Shown: positions 20,416 through 28,860 of the stretch, in pieces
Position numbering within the stretch: the stretch's first letter is position 1
Layout: every line of letters starts with the position of its first letter
DNA from: a virus
Virus record (IMG/VR): IMGVR_UViG_3300025096_000009
Coordinates: 15,618 to 79,617 of that record
Strand: one strand, 5' to 3'
DNA length: 64,000 bases
Made by a program: the position numbers and the translations under genes
Notes under the pieces: generated by a model
Seen by the model: only the letters and a program-made list of their open reading frames with translations
Told to the model about the DNA's origin: nothing
Database searches by the model: none

Positions 20416-21213
20416 GTGCCGAACCTTCATTGGGGATGGGTTTCTGTGGTGTCCAAGAGCCCTACTTGGTTAAAGAAGCGTCCTGTCGATGTAAGTGATC
20501 TTGAGTCCGATGAAAAAGCTGAAGTATGTCCAGCTAGGCCAATAAGGCGCTGTAAAGTTTTAGATCGTAAAAATGACCATACACAGTTAGAAACAGGTTT
20601 AGGGAAGTGGTGGATATCTGATGAGCATTGGTATGGTTTAACTGATGAGACGCCAGATGTCCCTTATTCAATAGATAGAGATTTGATCTATTTGAAGGAC
20701 TTTCCTTACTATTATCAAGAGTCTGATAAGTGGGATGATAGTGCAGTTTTTACATTTTCAATGTGTTTGAAATACCTTAAAACACCTAGTATTAACGGTG
20801 TTATGGATTATCTAGATGTCCTTAATAAGCATGGTAAGAGTACTTCTAGAGAGGCAAATATGAAGTCTTTAGTCGAGTTTGGTAGGAAAGCTACTTTCAC
20901 ATATTCTGCTGATCCTCAAGACGTTAAGGACCAGATAAATAGAGGGTTACCAGTAGCAGCTAGTCTCTTATCCAAGGGTGATATTACAAACCCAAATAGA
21001 GGAACACATCTTGTAGCTATTACTGGATATGGCGATGGATATTGGTTAGTTCAGGATCCTTTCGGAGAAATGGATCTAATTAATGGCTTATGGTCTGATA
21101 GAAGTCCTAGGTCTGGTCAGAATGTTAAATATAATTTTGAGCAGATGGATAGACGTTTATTTGCTAGTGGCGGGGCATCCGGTTGGTGTTGGGTTAATTT
21201 CCGAAAATGTTGA
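20416..21213 (+). CDS. C39-like peptidase fold with SH3-like N-terminus (nucleophile Cys apparently replaced)
   Basis: PYYYQ...; INRGLPV...THLVAITGY...LVQDPFGE. Confidence 0.7.
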   Translation: MPNLHWGWVSVVSKSPTWLKKRPVDVSDLESDEKAEVCPARPIRRCKVLDRKNDHTQLETGLGKWWISDEHWYGLTDETPDVPYSIDRDLIYLKDFPYYYQESDKWDDSAVFTFSMCLKYLKTPSINGVMDYLDVLNKHGKSTSREANMKSLVEFGRKATFTYSADPQDVKDQINRGLPVAASLLSKGDITNPNRGTHLVAITGYGDGYWLVQDPFGEMDLINGLWSDRSPRSGQNVKYNFEQMDRRLFASGGASGWCWVNFRKC

Positions 21214-21275
21214 GTCCTCTGTAAAGATTAGGGAGGGTTATTCTCATCTGAGATGTCAATTTACACTTTCGAATC

Positions 21276-21482
21276 ATGACCGACGCTCCGAAATCATTAG
21301 ATGATCAGTTACAAGATCAGCGTGAGCAACTAGAGACAACAATAAAAGATCTTGAAGCGCAGATTATGCGCGCTAAAGAAGCTTATTTGAAAATTTTAGG
21401 TGCTCAGGAATTCTCTGCAATTCAAAAACAACAAGCTGCAGCAGCTGAAGAAAACACCACTACCGAGGTCGTAGACCCCTAG
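21276..21482 (+). CDS. Small coiled-coil protein
   Basis: Heptads; 'KEAYLKILGAQE'. Confidence 0.6.
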   Translation: MTDAPKSLDDQLQDQREQLETTIKDLEAQIMRAKEAYLKILGAQEFSAIQKQQAAAAEENTTTEVVDP

Positions 21483-21486
21483 AACC

Positions 21487-21723
21487 ATGTTAGGCGAGTT
21501 GAACAAAAGTAGATATCGTGCCCTCGAGTTACTAGCGGAGCATGTACGTGCTCCATCTCGTGAACTCTCCATTAACGCAATCGTTAGTGATATTAGTGAC
21601 GAAGACCTCCGCTGGGTTACTGATCGTATTCATTACTATCTTCTTAAATTATTGGAAGATGCGGAGAATGATCCAATAGAAGAGGAAATTATAACTATTT
21701 CAGAAGAAGCAGAGATTTGTTAA
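21487..21723 (+). CDS. Hypothetical protein
   Basis: ORF in tandem with the previous gene. Confidence 0.55.
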   Translation: MLGELNKSRYRALELLAEHVRAPSRELSINAIVSDISDEDLRWVTDRIHYYLLKLLEDAENDPIEEEIITISEEAEIC

Positions 21724-21753
21724 ACTGAAGTATTCGATTAATTATTTTTTCTC

Positions 21754-21927
21754 GTGGAACCTAAACGTGATCCTTATGAATTTTTACGTGAGAGAGCGTT
21801 AAAAGTTGCTGATGAGATGGAAGATCATAGAAATGAGAGAGACGTGAATATTGGACGTCGGGCAATTGCAGGTGAAAAGCCATCTACTGTCAGAGAAAAG
21901 ATGGATGACAGAGTCATTACTACTTAA
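21754..21927 (+). CDS. 57-aa charged protein (not in ORF track)
   Basis: GTG start; MEPKRDPYEFLRERALKVADEMEDHRNERDVNIGRRAIAGE... Confidence 0.5.
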   Translation: MEPKRDPYEFLRERALKVADEMEDHRNERDVNIGRRAIAGEKPSTVREKMDDRVITT

Positions 21928-21941
21928 TTGAGGATAGTGCT

Positions 21942-22196
21942 ATGAATGAACCATTGTGGGGGCCATTAAAGAAAGAGCACAGTTCCGGTACGAATTCATG
22001 GGGGTCTAGTCAATGGGCTAAATCTTTAGGTGCTGCTAATGCATTTCAAAGTCTTCGCGCTAGCGATTTATTAAAACAAATGGATAGACAATATATTCCA
22101 AAGTCAACTCTTTTAGGACAATATTGGGATCAAGCCGGAAACCCTACAGATGGTCCAGCTTTGCACGAATCTGGTTTAACTAAGTTTGGATTCTAA
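21942..22196 (+). CDS. Hypothetical protein
   Basis: RBS GAGGA; G/S/W-rich. Confidence 0.5.
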   Translation: MNEPLWGPLKKEHSSGTNSWGSSQWAKSLGAANAFQSLRASDLLKQMDRQYIPKSTLLGQYWDQAGNPTDGPALHESGLTKFGF

Positions 22197-23003
22197 TTAA
22201 ATTAGTGACCAGCTCCTCCACCATTTAGTTATTACATACTTATTACCTTTTATTGGAGGTAAAGCTTCGTGCATAGTTTTATAGTTAGGTTTTCCATTTT
22301 GATATAAATTATTCCATGCAAGTAGAAGACCTTGTTCTGGCCGAACTTTTAGATTAAGGCGTTTGAAATAAGTTTCTCCTCCCTCTTCAACGTCATTTAA
22401 GTAAATCAGGGTTGTCCATGTACGTTGCCCCATCCATTCGCAATACACTTGATATTGTTTCTTACTCCTTGGTGGGAAGAAATCCCAATGCTCTTTATAA
22501 TACTGGCCTGGACTATATTTTTGAGCTTGTAAAGCTTCTCCTAAGAAAGGATCTAGCTCCATTAAGTCTTCTAGCTTCTCGTCTAAATCTAAAATTAACT
22601 CTGCTGGAAAGTCATGTAAATCTGCCGTTTCGCTAGTTCTATAGTCAGATGTTAGAGCTGAATCAGTGTCGTTTGCGAGAGTAGATTTTCTAGTAGATTT
22701 ATTTATACATTCAATTATGTCTTTGCATTCTCCAGGGGAGAGAAATTCATTATATGCATACACTTGTGTAAAGGGATAGTTAAGTTTATCTGCCTTTTCT
22801 TCTATGGGATTGTCATAGAATGCTCCATAGTTAATCCATTCAGGTTCCTCTTTGAAGTTACACAGTTGAAGTAGATCTTCAATATCTTGATCACTTAGTT
22901 CGTAGGCTTCTTTAAAAGATCTTAAGAGTTGTTTCTTAGTAACACCACATAATGCAGATCTAGTAAGAGGTTTGACTAATGATGCTAATTCAGAGGTATT
23001 CAT
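22197..23003 (-). CDS. 2OG-Fe(II) oxygenase, prolyl 4-hydroxylase type
   Basis: RTS..; E.LQ.QKY.PGQYYKEHWD; QRTWTTLIYLNDVEEGGETYF; MHEALPP..G.KYVITKW. Confidence 0.9.
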   Translation of the reverse strand: MNTSELASLVKPLTRSALCGVTKKQLLRSFKEAYELSDQDIEDLLQLCNFKEEPEWINYGAFYDNPIEEKADKLNYPFTQVYAYNEFLSPGECKDIIECINKSTRKSTLANDTDSALTSDYRTSETADLHDFPAELILDLDEKLEDLMELDPFLGEALQAQKYSPGQYYKEHWDFFPPRSKKQYQVYCEWMGQRTWTTLIYLNDVEEGGETYFKRLNLKVRPEQGLLLAWNNLYQNGKPNYKTMHEALPPIKGNKYVITKWWRSWSLI

Positions 23004-23052
23004 TTTTAAGTTCCATTACTCGTAGAATATGTGAGTGTAACTATATGTGCAA

Positions 23053-23193
23053 GTGGAGTTAATTGTTCTCAACTTCATAGTAATATTTGGAGGAAGCTAC
23101 GGAATAAGTACGCTTCTTCTTAGCCGTAGTGAAAAGAAACGCAGTGGTAGCCGTTCTAGGCGAGGAATTGCAGCGTCAGTTCATCGCTGGTAA
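23053..23193 (+). CDS. 46-aa single-TM protein with basic tail (not in ORF track)
   Basis: GTG start; MELIVLNFIVIFGGSYGISTLLLSRSEKKRS...; TAGAAT upstream. Confidence 0.45.
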   Translation: MELIVLNFIVIFGGSYGISTLLLSRSEKKRSGSRSRRGIAASVHRW

Positions 23194-23218
23194 TATAAAG
23201 ATAAGGTTCAAACTTTTT

Positions 23219-23434
23219 ATGGATGCATTAGAGCTTCCGGTTGACGTAGAATTCACTATTCACGCTGCCTCTCTAGCGATTCAAAATCTGGATCGCTCAG
23301 ATCTAGAGGAGGCTTTCGTTGAAATGCTCCACCAAAAAGCGTTAGATAAGCAGATGTTTTTTAACATTCTGAAGGACCACGGCATTGATGCCGACATTAA
23401 ATTCAACATCTCCACGATGGGACAGATCTCCTAA
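23219..23434 (+). CDS. nblA: NblA-like phycobilisome degradation adaptor
   Basis: From ATG 23219: LELPVDVEFTIHAASLAIQNLDRSDLEEAFVEMLHQKALDKQMFFNILK fits the NblA pattern LSLEQQF..I......MSREQ...L..L..Q.....Y..LLK. Confidence 0.65.
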   Translation: MDALELPVDVEFTIHAASLAIQNLDRSDLEEAFVEMLHQKALDKQMFFNILKDHGIDADIKFNISTMGQIS

Positions 23435-23439
23435 ATACC

Positions 23440-23823
23440 ATGGCTACTCGCACCATTGAAGGCACTCTAGACACACAAAGCGTTGACGCTGGCTCTGAGA
23501 TTACTTATCTCGGTTCTACAGCTGCAGCAAATCCTGGCGAAGCTATTAGAGGGTTTCGTATTAATCCAGGTGGCACTGGCGACATCAAGGTAACACTTGA
23601 CCGCAGTAACTCCATCAATACTATGGAGATTTTCCAAGAGGATGCTTATACAGGCGGAAGTGCACCTAACGGCTATAAAAAATTTACTAATATTGCTAGA
23701 GATGGAAAAGGTAAAGGGGCAGTAGCAGTAACAGTAACTAATGCAGCTAAGAATTATGTTGTTCTCTTGAAGTTAGACGGCTATTCTAGTGTTAGCTACA
23801 GCGGAAGCGTTGTCGTCCCATAA
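23440..23823 (+). CDS. Small beta-sandwich protein (likely virion)
   Basis: G/T/A-rich alternating beta pattern. Confidence 0.45.
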   Translation: MATRTIEGTLDTQSVDAGSEITYLGSTAAANPGEAIRGFRINPGGTGDIKVTLDRSNSINTMEIFQEDAYTGGSAPNGYKKFTNIARDGKGKGAVAVTVTNAAKNYVVLLKLDGYSSVSYSGSVVVP

Positions 23824-24556
23824 GAAAAAGAAAGTTCAAGATAGGTGGAAAGAACATCCTTTTCTCACCAGAAGGGGTATTAATTTAATAAAAACTCACT
23901 CAATGCCTCGTACTCACATCGGTATGGGGCGTTATGCTGCTTATAAGGACTATGGGGAGGATATTTGGCGTATTGGATATGGAAGTACAAAATTAGGGAA
24001 AAGATGGCTCAGTGCTTCAGATAAGGCTACTAGGGAAGAGATTGATTTACAGCTTGAAGAAGATTTAAAAGAGTTCTCTGATTTAGTAGCTAAATATGTT
24101 TTAGTACCTTTAAACCTTAATAGAAGAGCAGCTGTTCTTAGCTTTGCTCATAGCATTGGGATATCATCGTTAAAGACTTGTCGTTTATTAGAACTAATTA
24201 ACGGTTCTGCCAGTAAGAACACGCTTATTAAGGAGTGGAGTCCTTATATCAACAGAATTTGGATGTCTGGTGGGGATCTGATGAGAGATAGACGTCGGGT
24301 TGAGCTTGATACCTATTTTTCGGCGGATAAGGATATTCCCACTCTTGTTCCTCATCACTGTCGGTTGAAGAAATGCTTATTAAATCTCCCTGAGACTTAT
24401 ACTGGGGCTCCCAATCAGTTGAAAGCAATTGAATATCTTGAGAGAAAGTTACTTCAGTGGGATCCTTCTGAAGAGACTCTTCGTCAGTTTTTCCGGTATT
24501 GGACTCAGAAGCCCACTGGTCTAGGATCTCCGCCGCCTCGGGCTCGAAATGTTTAA
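23789..24556 (+). CDS. GH24 lysozyme-like protein with C-terminal accessory domain (catalytic residues altered)
   Basis: GINLIK...AYKD...IWRIGYGS...VPLNLNRRAAVLSFAHSIG...RRRVE. Confidence 0.75.
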   Translation: MLATAEALSSHKKKKVQDRWKEHPFLTRRGINLIKTHSMPRTHIGMGRYAAYKDYGEDIWRIGYGSTKLGKRWLSASDKATREEIDLQLEEDLKEFSDLVAKYVLVPLNLNRRAAVLSFAHSIGISSLKTCRLLELINGSASKNTLIKEWSPYINRIWMSGGDLMRDRRRVELDTYFSADKDIPTLVPHHCRLKKCLLNLPETYTGAPNQLKAIEYLERKLLQWDPSEETLRQFFRYWTQKPTGLGSPPPRARNV

Positions 24557-24623
24557 GCATGTCTAGTGCATCCATCAGTTGGAGTTCAGGAGTGTAATTT
24601 TCTATGAAGGTTTTGTACTGCAT
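24249..24623 (-). CDS. Hypothetical protein (antisense overlap with the lysozyme-like gene)
   Basis: Overlaps the end of the upstream minus-strand gene; N-terminal half looks helical, 3' part uncertain. Confidence 0.4.
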   Translation of the reverse strand: MQYKTFIENYTPELQLMDALDMLKHFEPEAAEILDQWASESNTGKTDEESLQKDPTEVTFSQDIQLLSTDWEPQYKSQGDLISISSTDSDEEQEWEYPYPPKNRYQAQPDVYLSSDPHQTSKFC

Positions 24624-24922
24624 GAAGGAAGAGCCTTTGGTTGATCTGCTTGATTCTTTAAACCTATTTTAAGCAGTACTAAATAGCCGATTAAGTCCAT
24701 AATGACGTCTTCATCCTCGCCAATCAACCCCACTCCTTTCTGAATTCGGTTTAATTTGTCGTCAATTCTGACTAATAACTGCTCAACTGCACTTGATTTA
24801 CTAAATATACGAGCTGGTTCAAGAGCAGAATTGCCATATTTCTTATTTTTGTACAGTAAAAGTTCTTTTACATCATCACAGACAGCTGCTATTTCAAGTT
24901 GAGTTCCTGTCATTTCTAACAT
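24602..24922 (-). CDS. Nucleotide-modification-associated domain 1 (DUF1599-like) protein
   Basis: LLLYKNKKYGNSAL...LLVRIDDKLNRI...EDVIMDLIGYLVLL. Confidence 0.75.
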   Translation of the reverse strand: MLEMTGTQLEIAAVCDDVKELLLYKNKKYGNSALEPARIFSKSSAVEQLLVRIDDKLNRIQKGVGLIGEDEDVIMDLIGYLVLLKIGLKNQADQPKALPSCSTKPS

Positions 24923-24940
24923 GGATCTTAAAATCTCAAT

Positions 24941-25567
24941 TTAGCAGATAACTCTGCCTAAATTAGAAAAAATTTCTTCAAATCTCTTGGTTTGATCAAA
25001 ACCAAACTCCAAACTTGGTAGATATATAAAGTAGCCCCAATACATTGGTGATTTCAAGGTATATAACTTCTTTCCATGTATAGTATTTGCCCTATCAGTC
25101 GGTATGCAGACTGGAAAATCCCACATTTCGGGACAAATTCTAATCATTTCCGGATAAATTGTATAAAAGAGAGCTTCTGGTATATTTCTGAGCTTCCATT
25201 CTTTTACTAAACGTCTAAACCAAATTACAGAGGGTGCTTTAGCGGCTGCACCAGCTCTTACGCTCCATCTCCACGTCCCTCTTTCCTTACTGAACGAACA
25301 ACGGCCAAATGTTGGTGGAAATAAGTATGTTTTACCTGTCCAAGGTTCTTGAATATTTAAACCATCTTCTTTTAGGGTATATATTTTTTTAGCCCTTAAA
25401 AACTCAGCATTTGCGCTGTGAGTGGAACATGGATCTAAGTCAATATCACCTAGAAGAGCATAGATATAGGGTAAATATTCAGCAGGAGTTAGCCAGTCGT
25501 CATTAAGGTGAGCTATTCGTCCTAAGACAAATTTATAATTCGCCCACCGTAGCTTTTTCTTATTCAC
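24941..25567 (-). CDS. Phage Dam-type N6-adenine methyltransferase homolog (non-canonical motif IV)
   Basis: DWLTP...DIDLDPCS...YTLKEDGL...W.GKTYLFPPTF. Confidence 0.7.
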   Translation of the reverse strand: MNKKKLRWANYKFVLGRIAHLNDDWLTPAEYLPYIYALLGDIDLDPCSTHSANAEFLRAKKIYTLKEDGLNIQEPWTGKTYLFPPTFGRCSFSKERGTWRWSVRAGAAAKAPSVIWFRRLVKEWKLRNIPEALFYTIYPEMIRICPEMWDFPVCIPTDRANTIHGKKLYTLKSPMYWGYFIYLPSLEFGFDQTKRFEEIFSNLGRVIC

Positions 25568-25971
25568 ATCATTTTTATAAAATCAGCCCCTTCATTGTCA
25601 TGTTTGTAGTGTATAAGTTCCATTTTCTCTTGATCTTGGATGATAAATAGTGATTCCTTACCAAATTCTAGTTTTTCAGCGTGAGTTATTGCCTTCTGCA
25701 TCACCTCTGCAACTCCAGTCATATCCCTGTTATTAAAGTCATTAAGAGCATTCATTAAGTGATCTACGGTTAAATAGAACATGCTTTTCTTCTCTGGTGC
25801 ATCTGGAACATAAACCATTGCTCCAGGTCCTTCTTTTTTATAGAACTCGGCATAGAACTCACACATATCGGCACAGATGCGCTCGATAGTTAATTTCAGT
25901 AGTTTTGCTTCATCGTCATTTTTCACCGTGTGAAGAAGTTTTTTTAGTAGCTTGTTACGTCTGTTTGTCAT
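25564..25971 (-). CDS. Hypothetical protein
   Basis: 4-nt overlap with the methyltransferase gene. Confidence 0.55.
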   Translation of the reverse strand: MTNRRNKLLKKLLHTVKNDDEAKLLKLTIERICADMCEFYAEFYKKEGPGAMVYVPDAPEKKSMFYLTVDHLMNALNDFNNRDMTGVAEVMQKAITHAEKLEFGKESLFIIQDQEKMELIHYKHDNEGADFIKMM

Positions 25972-25996
25972 AAGATTCTCTAACTGATTAAGTTTA

Positions 25997-26590
25997 TCAA
26001 GATTTTTCTTTATTTCCAGGCTTTTCTCTCAAGACTGATTTGATGAGGTGTCCTAATCCTGATTTTTTTAAGGTTTCTAAGAGCTTAGGTAGAGGTTGAT
26101 ATAGGACTACAGCTTTCTGCATGTTGCCAATTTTTTTTATTAATTTGCCATTTTCATCTCTTAATTTTGTCAATTCACCTTGGCGTATTAAATATTCTGC
26201 GACACATCGATAGCGACGTTTTTCTGCCAAGTTGATTTCTGGGTAGCGATCACAGATAGTACTTGTTCTCATATCGCTGAAGGTTAATCTGATTTGATCT
26301 GCTAAAGAGAGACCAAGCATTAAGTCTGTTGTACTCGTTTCATAGCTGCATATCAATTCAAGATACCTGTGTAGGTCTGCGTTTTCAAAGCTACCTGATG
26401 GAGGTATGAATATCTCTACTTGTTCGATTAGTGAATCTACTAAGAGGTCTCTATAGTTCTTAACTGTGACTGTGTTTATATCTAATTCGGAGAATCGATA
26501 ACTTTGATAGACATTTTCATCTGTATCTATCGGTTCATATTCTGTTTGATTTAAAGCTTCAATCCACGCCTCGTTTTTTATAACTGTCAT
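25997..26590 (-). CDS. Hypothetical protein (possible winged-helix C-terminus)
   Basis: 'RYRCVAEYLIRQGELTKL'. Confidence 0.5.
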   Translation of the reverse strand: MTVIKNEAWIEALNQTEYEPIDTDENVYQSYRFSELDINTVTVKNYRDLLVDSLIEQVEIFIPPSGSFENADLHRYLELICSYETSTTDLMLGLSLADQIRLTFSDMRTSTICDRYPEINLAEKRRYRCVAEYLIRQGELTKLRDENGKLIKKIGNMQKAVVLYQPLPKLLETLKKSGLGHLIKSVLREKPGNKEKS

Positions 26591-26607
26591 TCGAGGTCCG
26601 AGGTTAT

Positions 26608-26997
26608 CTAAAGCTTAGCGGAGTTTTTATAATTATTCCATTGTTGGCGATGATCTATTTGAAGAACATACTCATAATATTCTCGAATATCTGCCATATG
26701 TTCGTCTATTGAGGTAACTAAATACCATTTAGATCCGTGAATTTCTTTTAGTCTTTTTTCGCATTTGGTTCTTGATCCACCATAGTTTTCGGCTTCCCAT
26801 ATAGCTTTAGCAAAGTTTTTTTGAGTATGTGTAAGTAGGTTATTTTCCAAGTCATCTATAGACACTTGTGCTATAAGTTGGTTAAACTCTTTAAGGAAAG
26901 GATACTGTTTATCATGCGCCGACCCATTACTTATGCTGAGTTGCTCTTGATCCTCGCACTTTTGCCTGTTGGCGTTATCGGTGTTCAACATTTGCAC
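26608..26997 (-). CDS. Hypothetical protein
   Basis: ORF within the minus-strand run; start uncertain. Confidence 0.5.
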   Translation of the reverse strand: MQMLNTDNANRQKCEDQEQLSISNGSAHDKQYPFLKEFNQLIAQVSIDDLENNLLTHTQKNFAKAIWEAENYGGSRTKCEKRLKEIHGSKWYLVTSIDEHMADIREYYEYVLQIDHRQQWNNYKNSAKL

Positions 26998-27045
26998 GGG
27001 TTTGTGACAGATAGAATCAGTATAGAAGTTAAGCTTAAATAGACA

Positions 27046-27672
27046 ATGGGTAGGAAGTCACCTCCACCACCACAGGTTATAATGCCTCCACCACCGCCAC
27101 CTTCGACGATTGTGACGGATGTGACTCCTACGGAGACATACCAGGATGCAACGGATTATTTAAGACGTTTAGATGCACGTGAAGAAGCAATCGAGAAAAG
27201 AAGGTGGGATGCTGGAGAAACTCCTGGGAATATAAGATCCTCTCATGCAGCTATTAATTTACGAAATGCTGAATTAGCAAATAATTTAGATCGTGGATCT
27301 TCATTCCCTGGAACACCTAATTTTGGATCTCAGACTAATCCAGGACTAATGTCTGGTACAGGTGCTGTTATGAGTACTTTAGGTACAGGTGCTAATACTG
27401 GTAGTACTAGTAGACAAGCACGAATTAGACCAGATCAAATGTCACCTACTGCTCAGGCAGCTGCTGTTACTGGACCTGAGGCTCGTCTTGCTAATGCTCA
27501 AAAAGCCTATTGGTTAGCGGAGCAACAGAAGAACAATGAGCAGTTTTCTTATCCTGATTTTGAAGAGCCTTCATGGGCTGATCGTGACTGGTATCCAGTT
27601 GTTGATAAATGGAAAGAACGGAGCGATAAAATTGAAGTAGATGACTCTCCACCTAGAGTAGTTTCTATGTAA
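27046..27672 (+). CDS. Polyproline N-terminal protein (candidate internal virion protein)
   Basis: MGRKSPPPPQVIMPPPPPP; own TAGAAT box; inserted against the local strand. Confidence 0.6.
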   Translation: MGRKSPPPPQVIMPPPPPPSTIVTDVTPTETYQDATDYLRRLDAREEAIEKRRWDAGETPGNIRSSHAAINLRNAELANNLDRGSSFPGTPNFGSQTNPGLMSGTGAVMSTLGTGANTGSTSRQARIRPDQMSPTAQAAAVTGPEARLANAQKAYWLAEQQKNNEQFSYPDFEEPSWADRDWYPVVDKWKERSDKIEVDDSPPRVVSM

Positions 27673-27677
27673 TAGTC

Positions 27678-28355
27678 TTATTCGTCCACTTCTCCAAAGT
27701 TCAATATTTCATCATAGGTTTGTGTAATTAGGCCGAAGTTTATAGCTAAGTCATGACTATCTTTTACTAATCCCCAGTCGAGAACATTGACGTTAATACT
27801 GATTGAATAGGTGGTTTCGAGATAACGTATATCATTTGTAATTAAGAATAGATATTCCCCAGGGTTTAACTTAGTAATGGGATAGTCATCAGTTCCAATT
27901 TCGACCTCATCATCTAAGTAGTCAACAGCTCCTTCGTTATATACATAGCCATCATCATTAATTGGGAGTTCTTCTCGACGCTTATCTTCAGTTATGCGAT
28001 AAAAAGCTAGTAGTGTATTTTTATTTGTCTGCTCTTCGTAGGAAAATTGAGAATAATCTTGAGTAAATTGGACAGAGCGTGGCTCTACTAATTTTATTTT
28101 ATAGAAAGTTGTTTGCTTACGAGATAATCCTCCATGAGAGTTCTTGATCGTGAATGATCGAAACACAGATGAGAAATCCCCTAAGTCAATCGGGTTATTA
28201 AGGTTATCTCCGTGCTCTTGAGGAAGTGGATCTGAACCATAATATGAATTAGGACCATAAGCAGTAGGACCTGCTCCACCAGTAGGATACGCTTCAACTG
28301 TTCCTAAGTTATAGAAACCTGTATTATTCGGAATTGTTGTCAGATACCTGCTCAT
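27678..28355 (-). CDS. Beta-sandwich protein (possible virion protein)
   Basis: 'TTFYKIKL', 'LNPGEYLFLI' typical of PPC/Ig-like domains. Confidence 0.45.
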   Translation of the reverse strand: MSRYLTTIPNNTGFYNLGTVEAYPTGGAGPTAYGPNSYYGSDPLPQEHGDNLNNPIDLGDFSSVFRSFTIKNSHGGLSRKQTTFYKIKLVEPRSVQFTQDYSQFSYEEQTNKNTLLAFYRITEDKRREELPINDDGYVYNEGAVDYLDDEVEIGTDDYPITKLNPGEYLFLITNDIRYLETTYSISINVNVLDWGLVKDSHDLAINFGLITQTYDEILNFGEVDE

Positions 28356-28860
28356 ATTCTTCTTTTAAGCCAGTAAATAGTCCATGCATAGGATGATCAG
28401 GGTCATCTCTGCCGGATTCTGTATATCGTTCATACATTATTCTAACTCGTTCAGCCATAGCCTTAACTCCTTCTCTGCCGGTGCCTTCTTCTTGCATTGT
28501 GGGGTAAGAATCATAATCTAAGGCAATTTCTAAATGTTTTAAAGCCCATTCAGCCCTTTCCTGATCTTCTGAGTCAAACCAAGCAGTGTAATGTGATTCA
28601 CCACCTAATGTAACTACACCTGCATATTGTTTTTCATCTAAATGATAATTACTTGGGAAGACTTGACTACTTTTCGCTACTATTTTTGGCCTCTTTGTCC
28701 TTGTGGTGCTGGAAGATGTCTCCATGGTTGAGTCTGATTCTCTCAATTTCATTTGGCTCCGGATAATTTTTGAGTTCTTTGATTGTAAGGTGTGTTGGGT
28801 TACAACAGAAGGCTTTGCATGTTGGTCTGCTAAAAATCCTATATTTACCTGTATAGCCAC
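28324..28860 (-). CDS. Hypothetical protein (true start probably at METSS, ~28725)
   Basis: ORF; 5' part overlaps the HNH-like gene. Confidence 0.45.
   Translation of the reverse strand: MAIQVNIGFLADQHAKPSVVTQHTLQSKNSKIIRSQMKLRESDSTMETSSSTTRTKRPKIVAKSSQVFPSNYHLDEKQYAGVVTLGGESHYTAWFDSEDQERAEWALKHLEIALDYDSYPTMQEEGTGREGVKAMAERVRIMYERYTESGRDDPDHPMHGLFTGLKEEYEQVSDNNSE

Noticed and set aside
23129-23218. N-terminal extension of the NblA-like ORF
   Set aside because: It overlaps a separate small TM ORF and a -10-like box; ATG 23219 gives a normal NblA length
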